A stretch of 64,000 nt of DNA. Origin: Eggerthellaceae bacterium. GTDB lineage: Bacteria; Actinomycetota; Coriobacteriia; Coriobacteriales; Eggerthellaceae. The notes below the pieces were generated by a model, which saw only the letters and a program-made list of their open reading frames with translations, was not told where the DNA came from and did no database searches. Below, piece by piece: positions 48,248-57,959 of this stretch; within the stretch, counting starts at the first letter, position 1, and each line of letters begins with the position of its first letter. Location: contig JAUNGO010000002.1 of assembly GCA_030524475.1 (NCBI GenBank), positions 4,142 through 68,141 of the forward strand, in the 5' to 3' direction. The position numbers and the translations under genes are program-made.

Positions 48248-49243
48248 CTAAATGCGCGCTCGCAAATCCTCTGGCGAAGGCAAATACTTCACGTATTCCT
48301 CAGGCAAAACATCTCCTAAACGATATTCGCTCACGCCAATAGGCATGTTGAGGTCCTGCAAGGAATATTCAGCCACCACATCGTCTTTCGCTTTGCAGAG
48401 CAGAAGACCGATAGTCTTGTTGTCGCCTTCGCCCGCAAGCTCCCCATCAATAGCCGAAATGTAAAACGAAAGCTTCCCTGCATATTCGGGCTTGAAGTCG
48501 TCGTTCTTCAATTCGACCACAAAGTAACAATGCAACTTGATGTTGTAAAAGAGAAGATCGATGTAGAAGTCCGTTTGACCCACGACCAAATGATATTGCC
48601 TGCCAACAAGCGCAAAGCCAGTACCGAGCTCAAGCAGCAATTTAGTCACGTTTGACACCATTTGATCTTCGATATCGCGCTCTTTCTTTCCTTGTTTGGC
48701 AGTGATGAAGTCGAAGATGTAGGGGTCTTTGAGCGTCTGCTGCGCAAGCTCGCTATCGGGCGCAGGAAGAGTACGCGTAAAGTTTGTCACCTTGCCGGCA
48801 AGCGCTTGACGTTCGTAAAGCTTGATATCAATTTGATGGTCAAGGACAGCTCGCGACCAGCCATTTTCAATGGTGGCACTTATATACCACTCGCGGCGCG
48901 CACCAGGCTCCGTCTTATCCAAAAGCAGCATGATATGACCCCAGGGAATTGTGCAGCAGCTGCTGCACAATTGAGAATCGATCTCACGATTGAATTTGGC
49001 CATATATTTCAGACTGCGCGCAGAAAGCCCTTTGATTTGGGGAAATATCGACCGAATGTCTTTCGACAACGAATCGATATACTTGTTGCCCCACTCAATA
49101 TTGGCGTTAAGCTCGCCTCCGATAAGCCAATACATATGCACCATCTCGGCAGAAGCCTTCTGCACTGCACAAGCTCGAGATCGGTTGACAATATCGACAA
49201 TGCGACCGAGCGTCTCTCGATATTCGCCATCGTTTATCAACAT
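48248..49243 (-). CDS. yhcG: YhcG/DUF1016 PD-(D/E)XK nuclease family protein
   Basis: YWLIG, KDPYIFDF, LLELGTGF, FYIDLLFY...VVELK and TIGLLLC motifs; low GC. Confidence 0.9.
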   Translation of the reverse strand: MLINDGEYRETLGRIVDIVNRSRACAVQKASAEMVHMYWLIGGELNANIEWGNKYIDSLSKDIRSIFPQIKGLSARSLKYMAKFNREIDSQLCSSCCTIPWGHIMLLLDKTEPGARREWYISATIENGWSRAVLDHQIDIKLYERQALAGKVTNFTRTLPAPDSELAQQTLKDPYIFDFITAKQGKKERDIEDQMVSNVTKLLLELGTGFALVGRQYHLVVGQTDFYIDLLFYNIKLHCYFVVELKNDDFKPEYAGKLSFYISAIDGELAGEGDNKTIGLLLCKAKDDVVAEYSLQDLNMPIGVSEYRLGDVLPEEYVKYLPSPEDLRARI

Positions 49244-49308
49244 GGGCACACCTCGGATAAAACGATTCTTACACCTTATTTCCTGGGCAAGTCCGCTTGA
49301 CTCATAAT

Positions 49309-49351
49309 CGAACTTATGTTCTCATTATACCTCAATTGCACGTAGCGTCAA
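49309..49351 (-). promoter_or_regulatory. yhcG promoter with a LexA (SOS)-like box
   Basis: Minus strand TTGACG-16 nt-TATAAT (49351-49324), immediately followed by the box CGAAC-ttat-GTTCT (plus strand 49309-49322). Confidence 0.65.
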
Positions 49352-49538
49352 TGGCTCTGTTTTTCGGATGGAAAGTCAGCGGTGCCCCCGCCCCCTTCCT
49401 TTCCGCATGCCCTTCGCGCTTTGCCGCCCCGTCTACCGCCTGTTGCTGGCCTTTCTCGCAATCGCGGGGCACGCGCGCCTGATTTCGCGCATAATCGGGA
49501 CGTTACGAACCAGAGCAACTGAAGCGGAGGAGCGCCCC

Positions 49539-50138
49539 ATGAACGTTGTATGCCTCGACCTTGAAGGCGTGTTGGTGCCGGAGATTTGGATTGCGTTTGC
49601 GAAGGCCACGGGCATTCCCGAGCTGGAGCGCACCACGCGCGACGAGCCCGACTACGACAAGCTCATGGAGTACCGCCTGGAGATTCTGCGCGAGCACGGT
49701 CTGGGGCTGCGCGAGATCCAAGACGTCATCGCGGGCATCGACCCCATGCCCGGCGCGCGCGAGTTTTTAGACGCGTTGCGACCGTTGGCGCAGGTGATCA
49801 TCATTTCGGACACGTTCGCCCAGTTCGCCAAGCCCCTGATGGAGAAGCTCGGCTGGCCGACCATCTTCTGCAACGAGTTGGTGGTGGCCGAGGACGGCAC
49901 GATCACCGGGTATAAGATGCGCTGCCCGCAGACGAAGCTCACCACCGTGAACGCGCTGCACGACGCGGGGTTGACCACCATCGCGGCGGGCGACTCGCAC
50001 AACGACCTCGGCATGATCCGCGCGTCGAAGGCGGGCTGGCTGTTCAAGAGCACCCCCGCCATCCAAGCCGAGAACCCCGACATCCCCACCTGCGAAGAAT
50101 ACGCCGACCTGCTGGAGAACATCAAAGCCGCGCTGTAG
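49539..50138 (+). CDS. thrH: Phosphoserine phosphatase / homoserine phosphotransferase
   Basis: CLDLEGVLVPEIW, TTRDEPDYDKLM, SDTF and AAGDSHND motifs. Confidence 0.93.
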   Translation: MNVVCLDLEGVLVPEIWIAFAKATGIPELERTTRDEPDYDKLMEYRLEILREHGLGLREIQDVIAGIDPMPGAREFLDALRPLAQVIIISDTFAQFAKPLMEKLGWPTIFCNELVVAEDGTITGYKMRCPQTKLTTVNALHDAGLTTIAAGDSHNDLGMIRASKAGWLFKSTPAIQAENPDIPTCEEYADLLENIKAAL

Positions 50139-50169
50139 CGAGGCGCCGCGCCAGCAGCGAACGCCGCCC

Positions 50170-50610
50170 ATGACCGAGGAAATACTGACAGAAGACTTGC
50201 TCGCACGCCTATTGGCGGCAGACAGCCCGCAAACGTACCTCGACGAGAAAACCACCGTCGACCGTACGCTTGTCGACTACCTCAGGGAGCTGCTCGACAA
50301 CAAAGGCATCAAGCGCGCCGACGTGGTGCGCGCATCAGGTCTCAATCCCACGGTGGTCTACGACATCTTCGCGGGCAAAAGCAAGCCAGGACGCGACAAC
50401 GCCATCATGCTTGCCTTTGGGCTCAGCTGCACTTTCCGCGAAACGCAGCGTCTGCTGCGGTTGGCAGGAGTATCGGAGCTGTGGCCCAAGGTGCGCCGCG
50501 ACGCCATCATCGCCTGGTGCATCAACCAAGAGTTGTCGCGCATTGCGTGCGACGACGAGCTTTGGCGTTTCGAGGAAAAAACACTCCTCGGTACTGGCTC
50601 TCTCAAGTGA
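50170..50610 (+). CDS. XRE-like HTH transcriptional regulator
   Basis: RADVVRASGLNPTVVYDIFAGKSKPGRD HTH; ETQRLL...LWPKVRRDAII. Confidence 0.8.
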   Translation: MTEEILTEDLLARLLAADSPQTYLDEKTTVDRTLVDYLRELLDNKGIKRADVVRASGLNPTVVYDIFAGKSKPGRDNAIMLAFGLSCTFRETQRLLRLAGVSELWPKVRRDAIIAWCINQELSRIACDDELWRFEEKTLLGTGSLK

Positions 50611-50658
50611 GCCACGCGAAATTGGTCAAAATGTACTTCGTCCCGATGCTCGGACGGC

Positions 50659-50705
50659 AAATTCAGTTGTAAACTGAGGAATCGCCGCAAACTCTTACTT
50701 ACAAT
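50659..50705 (+). promoter_or_regulatory. Palindromic operator and -10 upstream of the kinase
   Basis: AAAT-TCAGTT-gta-AACTGA-GGAATCGCC; TACAAT 22 nt after the palindrome. Confidence 0.7.
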
Positions 50706-50807
50706 CAGCCCATGCGTTTACTGCGGTCTCCGCTTTGCGCGACCTCGCATAGGCGCACGTCAGAAGGAGTGACCTTCCGCACCATGCCAAGAACGAGGAT
50801 CGTTGGG

Positions 50808-52487
50808 TTGAACGAAGAGCAAGTCATACACGCCATGGGCATCGACGACGCCTATCACGTGGAGCGCGTGCTTGCAGAAGGCCCCAGCAGCATAACCGAG
50901 CTCGTGACCATCGACGGCGCAGGGCCATTCGTCCGCAAGAAGATTCCTTCTGAGTTGGCAAACCGCGGCGTATGGGCAACGCTTGCCGACTGCACATGCC
51001 CGCGCTTGCCTCGCGTGGCCGCCACTTACGAGATGCCCGACCGCTTCGTAGCTGTGTACGACTTCATTCCCGGCGACACGCTCGAGCACGCCGTGGCAAC
51101 ACGCGGCGCGCTTGGCGCCGATCAAGCCGCGCGTATTGCGCAAGAAATATGTGAAGCCGTTGCCGACCTTCACACACACGGGATCGTTCACGGCGATCTC
51201 ACTCCCGCCAACATCATTGTTGCGGCAGACGGTGTGCACGTGATCGACTTGGGGCTGGCGCGCATACGCGGGCAAGAAGCGTCGCAAACCTCGAAGAAGC
51301 CTTTGGGCACCTGGGGATTCGCGTCGCCCGAGCAGTACGGTTTCGCGCAGGTCGACGAGCGCAGCGACACGTACGCCGTTGCCCGTTTGCTCGGCTATAT
51401 GCTCACAGGCGTGCGCCCCAGCGAAGACGCTTACGAGACCGCGCTGGCCGACGAGCGCCTTGTGCCCGCTGCGCTGCGGGGCGTCGTTGAGCGCGGGAGC
51501 GCCTTCGAGCCGAGCGCGCGCTACCAAAGCGCTGTGGAAGTGGCACAGGCGACAGCGGAGGTGCTGGCTGGGAGCGATGCTCAGGACGAGCGGGGCGCGC
51601 GAGGCGCGCAGGCAGCGCACGCCGCACAACGAGTCGCGATGCCGAAAGCTGTCGCTGCGGCGCAGCCCACCGCAGCTGCCGTCGCCCCCCAAGTGCGCCA
51701 CGCTAGCACCTCAACACCCAAGAAGAGCCGTCGCGGCATTGTCATAGGCATTGCCGCCGTAGCCGTGGTTGTCGTTGCGGCAATCGGTGTGTTCCTGGCA
51801 AGCGGCGGCGCGTCCTCTAGCTCAACAGCCCCTGGTCAAACCACACCCACCAGCAGCGCATCAAGCGCCACGGGCGGCAGTACGTCGACCGCAAACGCGA
51901 AGGACGCCGCCGACGCACTTGAGATCATCGAGTCGGGTTGGTCGGTCGATCCCGGTGGATACATCTACTACGGCTTCGGCATACGCAACAACAGCACCAG
52001 CGCGGCTATCGATTTCCCCACGGTCGGCATCACGGGACGCGACGAAAGTGGACGCATCTTGTTCTCGAACGATCAAGTAATTTCCTGCATTGAACCTGGC
52101 CAGACCCTTTATTTCGGTTCCGTTACAGGCAACGGCACCGCCCCCACCACGGTTGAGTTCACCGCCAAAAGCCCCGACGACTACGCTATCGTCACGCCGT
52201 CGAGTAACTCGCCCACCTTCCGCATAAGCAACCTTGCCGAGGTGTCGAACGGTCTCGGAGGCAGCAGCTTCACAGGCGAGCTGGAGCTCGTAAGCGGCGC
52301 CTACTCTAAAGCATGGGCAAGCGGTGCGGCTGTCACCGTCATCCTGCGCGACGAAAGCGGCGCCATCGTCTACGGAAACACCGGCTTCACCGACCAGCCC
52401 ACGCAAGGCGCGCCCATCCCCTTCGAGGTCCTAGGAGGCACCGTCCCCGAGCACGCCACCATCGAAGCCTACGCGCAAGTGTGGTAG
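50808..52487 (+). CDS. Membrane Hanks-type Ser/Thr protein kinase with an extracellular domain
   Basis: HGDLTPANI, IDLG, GTWGFASPEQ and SDTY motifs; central TM; Ser/Thr-rich linker; beta-rich C-terminus. Start is TTG 50808 or ATG 50784. Confidence 0.9.
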   Translation: MNEEQVIHAMGIDDAYHVERVLAEGPSSITELVTIDGAGPFVRKKIPSELANRGVWATLADCTCPRLPRVAATYEMPDRFVAVYDFIPGDTLEHAVATRGALGADQAARIAQEICEAVADLHTHGIVHGDLTPANIIVAADGVHVIDLGLARIRGQEASQTSKKPLGTWGFASPEQYGFAQVDERSDTYAVARLLGYMLTGVRPSEDAYETALADERLVPAALRGVVERGSAFEPSARYQSAVEVAQATAEVLAGSDAQDERGARGAQAAHAAQRVAMPKAVAAAQPTAAAVAPQVRHASTSTPKKSRRGIVIGIAAVAVVVVAAIGVFLASGGASSSSTAPGQTTPTSSASSATGGSTSTANAKDAADALEIIESGWSVDPGGYIYYGFGIRNNSTSAAIDFPTVGITGRDESGRILFSNDQVISCIEPGQTLYFGSVTGNGTAPTTVEFTAKSPDDYAIVTPSSNSPTFRISNLAEVSNGLGGSSFTGELELVSGAYSKAWASGAAVTVILRDESGAIVYGNTGFTDQPTQGAPIPFEVLGGTVPEHATIEAYAQVW

Positions 52488-52800
52488 CTATTTGCTTTGC
52501 TATAAAGGGAGGGTATCTGGCAACAGGTGGACGATATTCTACGCTTGTGCACCCCGTCGTCCGCGGAAGTTAAACGTACACGTGAGCCATATTCTTAAAG
52601 TCGTGACTCCCGACAAGGACGTTCTACACAACGGTTGGGCGTTTGGGGTAGAAAAACGGAAATAATACGATCGCATCCGGGTTCTCGTCAGAGTCCTCTC
52701 GACAGAGCCATGCGCTTACGCTCAACGTCCGCACTTCACTCCGTTGCACCCATTAGTCCAAAGCTCGCCAGGTCGCACCAATGTCAAAAACTCATTCCCA

Positions 52801-52847
52801 AAATTCAGTTGCCAACTGAGGAAATCGCCTCGTCCCTTCTTCACAAT
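52801..52847 (+). promoter_or_regulatory. Second copy of the operator and -10, upstream of the lipoproteins
   Basis: AAAT-TCAGTT-gcc-AACTGA-GGAAATCGCC; CACAAT 22 nt after the palindrome. Confidence 0.7.
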
Positions 52848-52912
52848 AGTTGTCAACGTTCGCTATGGAGCGCAGCGCTCTCATAGGAAAAGGGAAACGG
52901 GAGGGACGTATC

Positions 52913-53887
52913 ATGAGGACAAGAAATGGCGTTATAGCGCTTTGCGTCGCACTTGCGCTGAGCGGGTTGTGCATTGCGGGATGCAGTTCGACAACAAATA
53001 GCGGCGACGCGACGTCGATGAGTGCGCAGCAAACTCAGAAGTCGGCGGCATTCAGCCTTGAAGGCGAGATCGAGCCCACCACAATGCTCGACAACGATCT
53101 GCTTACCGTTGCGGCTAACAGCCTAACTTACAAGAACAACGTTGCTTACCTCAACGTGTCCCTTACGAATAAAACCAGCGGCGCGCTGGACGCTACCGCT
53201 TGTACGCTGGGCTTCAGCGGAAACTACGTCAACGACTGCATGGTCGACGAAGGGTACCTCGGCGGAGAGATAGCTCCCGGTGAGACGGTGGAAGAAGAGG
53301 TGAAGTTCAATATTTCTAGCCTTCAGTTGTACGGTATTCAGCAAATTGAGAGCATCGGGCTTGGGCTTCGCGTTGTTGACGACGACTATAACGAGGTGTT
53401 CAAGGACATTATCGAGGTAAAAACATCCCTTGCCGACGACAACGCAAGTGCCGGGTCGCTTCAAAGCGGCATAGGCAACACCGCCCTTCAGCAGACCCTC
53501 AACTACAACGCGCAAACGGCAACCGTCAGCGCCGACGAGCTTTCGCAAAGCGGTGTTGAGGCATTGTCGACAACCCTGCTGCGCAACAAAGACGGCAAAG
53601 CTATGGTTATGGTGGAACTGCAAAACAATACAAGCAGCACCGTCAATGTCAAAAGCAGCAATATAACTATCGATGGCAGCATGGCCTATGAAGGCGTCTG
53701 GAATTCGTCCACCGTAGCCCCTGGCAAGCGAGTCGTTCTTGACTTTACCTTGAACAACGCCATTGGCGACGACCAAGCAGACTCGTTCGACCTCGACAAC
53801 ATGAGCAACATGGGCTTCGCGCTTACCGTCAACGACGCCAACTACAACACCATTTTGCCGCCAACCAACGTCGAGATTTCTTTCTAG
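52913..53887 (+). CDS. Lipoprotein with two similar beta-rich domains
   Basis: Lipobox IAGC; internal similarity (LTNKTS...IAPGE versus LQNNTS...VAPGK). Confidence 0.8.
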   Translation: MRTRNGVIALCVALALSGLCIAGCSSTTNSGDATSMSAQQTQKSAAFSLEGEIEPTTMLDNDLLTVAANSLTYKNNVAYLNVSLTNKTSGALDATACTLGFSGNYVNDCMVDEGYLGGEIAPGETVEEEVKFNISSLQLYGIQQIESIGLGLRVVDDDYNEVFKDIIEVKTSLADDNASAGSLQSGIGNTALQQTLNYNAQTATVSADELSQSGVEALSTTLLRNKDGKAMVMVELQNNTSSTVNVKSSNITIDGSMAYEGVWNSSTVAPGKRVVLDFTLNNAIGDDQADSFDLDNMSNMGFALTVNDANYNTILPPTNVEISF

Positions 53888-53899
53888 GAAGGCTCTACC

Positions 53900-54364
53900 A
53901 TGCGCAAGATTGTATTGTTGGTGTGCGTGCTTTGTTTGGCGCTTGGTCTTGGTGCGTGCAGTGATAGCGCCGATCGAAACAGCGCGTCAAGCAACACGAA
54001 CACGAGCACGACCTTGGGCTCTTCGGCTGACAAAACCGCTACACATAATATAGACACCGCCAAAAGCGAGGCAGAAAAACCAGAGGCGGCTTCTTCAAAC
54101 AGCGACGTCACGCCTTCGTTCAAAGAAGCCATGGACAGCTACGAAGCGTTTTTCGATGAGTACGCCGAATTCATGGCGGCGTATCGCAACAGCGATTCCC
54201 TGTCCGCCGAGATGATGCGTGAGTACGCAGACTACATGGAGCAATACAGCGAGACGATGGCCGCGCTCGACAAGATAGACGAGGGCTCGCTTTCGAAGGC
54301 CGATGTTGCCTACTACGCCGAGGTGACCGCGCGCATTACCGCAAAAGTTAGTGCATTGGCATAG
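53900..54364 (+). CDS. Lipoprotein with a helical C-terminal domain (DUF6591-like)
   Basis: Lipobox LGAC; VTPSFKEAMDSYEAFFDEYAEFM...YYAEVTARI. Confidence 0.75.
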   Translation: MRKIVLLVCVLCLALGLGACSDSADRNSASSNTNTSTTLGSSADKTATHNIDTAKSEAEKPEAASSNSDVTPSFKEAMDSYEAFFDEYAEFMAAYRNSDSLSAEMMREYADYMEQYSETMAALDKIDEGSLSKADVAYYAEVTARITAKVSALA

Positions 54365-54369
54365 AAGGT

Positions 54370-54585
54370 TTAGAAGTCGATAAGGTCTTTCACGTCGACG
54401 TCGAGGGCGTGGGCAATGCGGCAGAGCACCTCGATGCCTACATCGGCGTTGCCGGACTCGATCTTCCACAGATAGGAGCGGCTCGTCCCCGTCATGAGCG
54501 CAAAGCGGCGCTGGGAGATTCCTTGCTGCTCCCGCGCCACCCTGATGTTGGCCCCAAGGCTCAATTTTTCACGCGCGTTGTTCAT
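54370..54585 (-). CDS. Small XRE-family HTH regulator
   Basis: IRVAREQQGISQRRFA...SYLWKIESG...IAHAL. Confidence 0.85.
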   Translation of the reverse strand: MNNAREKLSLGANIRVAREQQGISQRRFALMTGTSRSYLWKIESGNADVGIEVLCRIAHALDVDVKDLIDF

Positions 54586-54614
54586 CCGACCAGTGTATGT
54601 GCGGTATCATGGAT

Positions 54615-54638
54615 AGCGGCTCTCTATAGAGAGCCGCT
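54615..54638. promoter_or_regulatory. Perfect 24-bp palindrome in the divergent promoter region
   Basis: AGCGGCTCTCTA|TAGAGAGCCGCT. Confidence 0.65.
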
Positions 54639-54682
54639 TGTGTTGAGCGAGAACGAACGATTTGCGCGAACGAGGGAAGCGT

Positions 54683-55447
54683 ATGCAATTTAACGAATTA
54701 AAGAACTCGCTAGGAGGCGTTCTCGACAAGGGAATTGGAGAGCTAAACGCCCGAATAACGTCGGCGACAAACAATATCTCCGAGCAACATCAAACGCCGG
54801 AATCGAGTACGTTCTGCATCCAATGCGGCGCGCCCATGCCCACAAACGCGCGATTCTGCCCTTCCTGCGGAGCGAGCATTCCTGATGTTGCGCAGGATGC
54901 CCCGCTCCCCCATACTTCCCATCAAACCACACGTCAAACCGCCTACAGTGGCATCGTGTCGAAATGCCCCAACTGCGGAAGCACCGTAGGGTCAACGGAT
55001 GCAATATGCGCTGAATGCGGCTACCAGATGGCGGGTAAAAGCGCGTCGAGTACCCTCCAGCAGTTCTCTTTGCAAATGATGGAAATCGAGCAATCTCGCA
55101 ATGCGCTTGGAGCCATCATGGGTAGCGTTTTGGGGAAGTCGGATGAAGTTGACCAACGCAAAGCGCTTTTCATCAAGACATTTCCCGTTCCCAACACCGT
55201 CGAAGAACTTTCGGAATTCATGTATATGGCTACAAGCAACATCAATGTCAGCCTATCCAAGAAGGGGCTGTTTTCGACGTTCAAGCAATCAAGTGGCGAA
55301 AAAGAGATCAGCGATGCATGGGTTTCCAAAATGCAGCAAATATACCGTAAGGCAGAGATGTCGTTCTCGAGCCATCCTGCCTTCACGCAGATCAAGAAGC
55401 TCTACCGAAGCAAGATGACAGAATTGAACATGAATGCAGGAGAGTGA
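54683..55447 (+). CDS. Double zinc-ribbon domain protein
   Basis: CIQCG...CPSCG and CPNCG...CAECG; IKTFPVPNTVEELSEF...AW. Confidence 0.8.
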   Translation: MQFNELKNSLGGVLDKGIGELNARITSATNNISEQHQTPESSTFCIQCGAPMPTNARFCPSCGASIPDVAQDAPLPHTSHQTTRQTAYSGIVSKCPNCGSTVGSTDAICAECGYQMAGKSASSTLQQFSLQMMEIEQSRNALGAIMGSVLGKSDEVDQRKALFIKTFPVPNTVEELSEFMYMATSNINVSLSKKGLFSTFKQSSGEKEISDAWVSKMQQIYRKAEMSFSSHPAFTQIKKLYRSKMTELNMNAGE

Positions 55448-55452
55448 CCTTG

Positions 55453-56154
55453 ATGCCGTATTGCGTAAAGTGCGGAAGCGAACTACTCGCAAACGCGCAA
55501 TTCTGCGCATCGTGCGGAACCGCCGTTCCGGCAGTCCCCGAGTCGCATCGCCGACAAGTTTTCGAGGGCGCTATCCACAAATGCCCCAACTGCGGCGAAG
55601 TGCTAGACAGCTTCATGCCCGAATGCCCTATGTGCGGATACGAATTGCGAGGAGTGCGCTCCGCCAGCCGTGTCGAAGAGCTTTCGCTTAAGTTGGAAGA
55701 GGCGGAAACGGCCGAAGAAAAAGCCGATCTCATTCGCAACTTCCACATTCCAAACACTAAAGAGGACATATACGAGTTCTTCATCCTTGCCAGTTCAAAC
55801 ATCAATACAGGATACGAAGTTGATGCGTGGCAGGCAAAACTGCAACAAGCTTATCAGAAAGCGGAACTTGTTTTCGGCGAGGGGCCCGAGATGAAGCGCC
55901 TACGCAAACTATACAAAAGAACCGGCAAAAAACGCCTGTTTAATACGCATGGTAATTCCTTCGAAAAAATGAAGCTGCTTTTGGGCATCATCATCGGCGC
56001 TTGCGGATTGCTAATGGTGTTAGTTGGAAACTTTGCGGGCTCGGAAACGAATGACCCCGACTCGCCTTTTTACATGATGGCGCTTATCGGCATGTTTCCC
56101 CTTATAGGCGGCGGCTACTTGACAGTCACCGCTTTCACACACGAAAAAGAATAG
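55453..56154 (+). CDS. Paralogous zinc-ribbon protein with two C-terminal TM helices
   Basis: CVKCG...CASCG and CPNCG...CPMCG; IRNFHIPNTKEDIYEF...AW. Confidence 0.8.
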   Translation: MPYCVKCGSELLANAQFCASCGTAVPAVPESHRRQVFEGAIHKCPNCGEVLDSFMPECPMCGYELRGVRSASRVEELSLKLEEAETAEEKADLIRNFHIPNTKEDIYEFFILASSNINTGYEVDAWQAKLQQAYQKAELVFGEGPEMKRLRKLYKRTGKKRLFNTHGNSFEKMKLLLGIIIGACGLLMVLVGNFAGSETNDPDSPFYMMALIGMFPLIGGGYLTVTAFTHEKE

Positions 56155-56179
56155 CGAAGACAGCGAGGATTGCATCATC

Positions 56180-57562
56180 ATGGGGTTCTTCGACAAAAAC
56201 ACTGGCGGATTCATGGACGAGATCCGCTGCGACGAGCAGAATTATCTCATTTGGAAATGGCACCCGAAGGGCACAAAGCCGAGCAGCAACAAGCGCGAAA
56301 ACGCCGTGCGCTGGGGTTCGTCGCTTCGCGTGCGCGACGGGTCGGTTGCGGCATTTGTCTACAAGCAGAACAACGGCGCGATGCAAGACTTCATCGAAGG
56401 TCCGTTCGACCAGATTATCAACACCAGGAACTTCCCTGTTTTGGCAAGCATCGTGGGACTCGCCTACGACGGAGGTACGCCATTCCAGGCCGAGATATAC
56501 TTCATCAACCTTGCGCGCGTCCTCCAAGTTAAATTCGCTGTGCCGTTCTTCGACGTGTACGATCCGCGTTTCCTCGACTTCGGCGTGCCCACCGCCGCAC
56601 GAGGAACGATCACGTTTCGAATCTCCGACTACCGCGAGTTCGTAAAACTACACAGACTTGACGAGTTCAACCTCGATGCATTCAAGACTCAAATCAAAGA
56701 CGCCGTGACGCGCTACGTCAAGAGCGCCGTAGCGAACGCGCCTGCCGATTTCGGCATTCCCGCTGTGCAGATCGAGCGCCGAATCGCCGAGATCAATGCC
56801 GCAGTGTTTCCCTTGCTGTCGCAGCGCTTGAAGGAGAACTTCGGCGTAGACGTTTCGGGTGTCGACATTGCTGCTATCGAGATCGACAAGGCCAGCGAGG
56901 GCTATCAACAGCTCAAAGCCGTCACCCTCGACGTTTCAACGCAAACGGTTCAAGCGCAGGCCGCCGTGAACATTCGCAACCTCGAGGACCAGCAACGCAT
57001 CAACGCAGAAAACATGGCGGAAACCCTACGCATCCAACGCGAAGAGGCGCAGTACGCACAGCACAAAACGACGCAAAGCGGTAACTTCGCCGCCTATCAA
57101 CTTGAGACGCAAGGTGCAATTGGCATCGCAGGAGCGCAAGCGCTTGGGCAGATGGGCGAAGGTGGCGCGCTTGGCATGGGCGGCAACAGCGGCGATGGCA
57201 TGAACCCCGCCGCCATGATGGCCGGCATGGCTATGGGCGGCGCTATCGGACAAAACATGGCAGGCATGATGAGCAACATGATGGGCGGCGTTCAGCAACA
57301 AACACCCGGCACAACGCCACCGCCTGTGCCCGTTGTGGCCTACCACGTTGCCGTAGGCGGGCAGCCCACCGGCCCTTACGATTTGTCAGCGCTCAAGCAA
57401 CTGGTTTCCTCTGGTGTATTCACGCAAGACTCGCTTGTGTGGAAAGAGGGCATGGCAAACTGGCAAAAAGCGGGGGGAGTACGCGAGTTGACTCAGGTGT
57501 TCAGCAGCGTACCACCTGAAATGCCCAGCTCGGAAATACCGCCCATTCCCCCACAAGCATAG
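56180..57562 (+). CDS. SPFH/band-7-like protein with a C-terminal GYF_2 (DUF4339) domain
   Basis: LIWKW...GSSLRVRDG...AEIYFIN SPFH-like region; GMAMGGAIG; YHVAVGGQPTGPY...LVWKEGMANW. Confidence 0.8.
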   Translation: MGFFDKNTGGFMDEIRCDEQNYLIWKWHPKGTKPSSNKRENAVRWGSSLRVRDGSVAAFVYKQNNGAMQDFIEGPFDQIINTRNFPVLASIVGLAYDGGTPFQAEIYFINLARVLQVKFAVPFFDVYDPRFLDFGVPTAARGTITFRISDYREFVKLHRLDEFNLDAFKTQIKDAVTRYVKSAVANAPADFGIPAVQIERRIAEINAAVFPLLSQRLKENFGVDVSGVDIAAIEIDKASEGYQQLKAVTLDVSTQTVQAQAAVNIRNLEDQQRINAENMAETLRIQREEAQYAQHKTTQSGNFAAYQLETQGAIGIAGAQALGQMGEGGALGMGGNSGDGMNPAAMMAGMAMGGAIGQNMAGMMSNMMGGVQQQTPGTTPPPVPVVAYHVAVGGQPTGPYDLSALKQLVSSGVFTQDSLVWKEGMANWQKAGGVRELTQVFSSVPPEMPSSEIPPIPPQA

Positions 57563-57577
57563 CGAAAGGACTTCGAC

Positions 57578-57928
57578 ATGGACGAGAGCAGCTTCTTTTC
57601 CCTCGATAAGCTTGTTGAGTTTGGGTGCGGCATGGCGGTTGCTACGCAAATGGCCAACTCGATGAACGCCAGCCTGGCGCAAATGCACACACCTGGGGTT
57701 GATTACTCGATGCAAGGCACAGAGAGCGCTTTATTCTATGTTGCGTTGGACGGCAAAGCTGCAGGACCGTTTTCCTCGGCCGAGCTCTCGCAATTGACAA
57801 CCGATGGAAGGATCGCAAATGATACCTACGTATGGAAGCCCGGCATGTCCAACTGGCAACACGCAGGCGAAACCGCCGAGATTCTACGCCTCGTAGCCCT
57901 CACCCCACCACCCGTGCCAGGAGAGTAG
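57578..57928 (+). CDS. GYF_2 (DUF4339) domain protein
   Basis: FYVALDGKAAGPF...YVWKPGMSNW...PPPVP. Confidence 0.8.
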   Translation: MDESSFFSLDKLVEFGCGMAVATQMANSMNASLAQMHTPGVDYSMQGTESALFYVALDGKAAGPFSSAELSQLTTDGRIANDTYVWKPGMSNWQHAGETAEILRLVALTPPPVPGE

Positions 57929-57959
57929 AATAAAACCAAGCTAATGACAGGAGAGTAAA

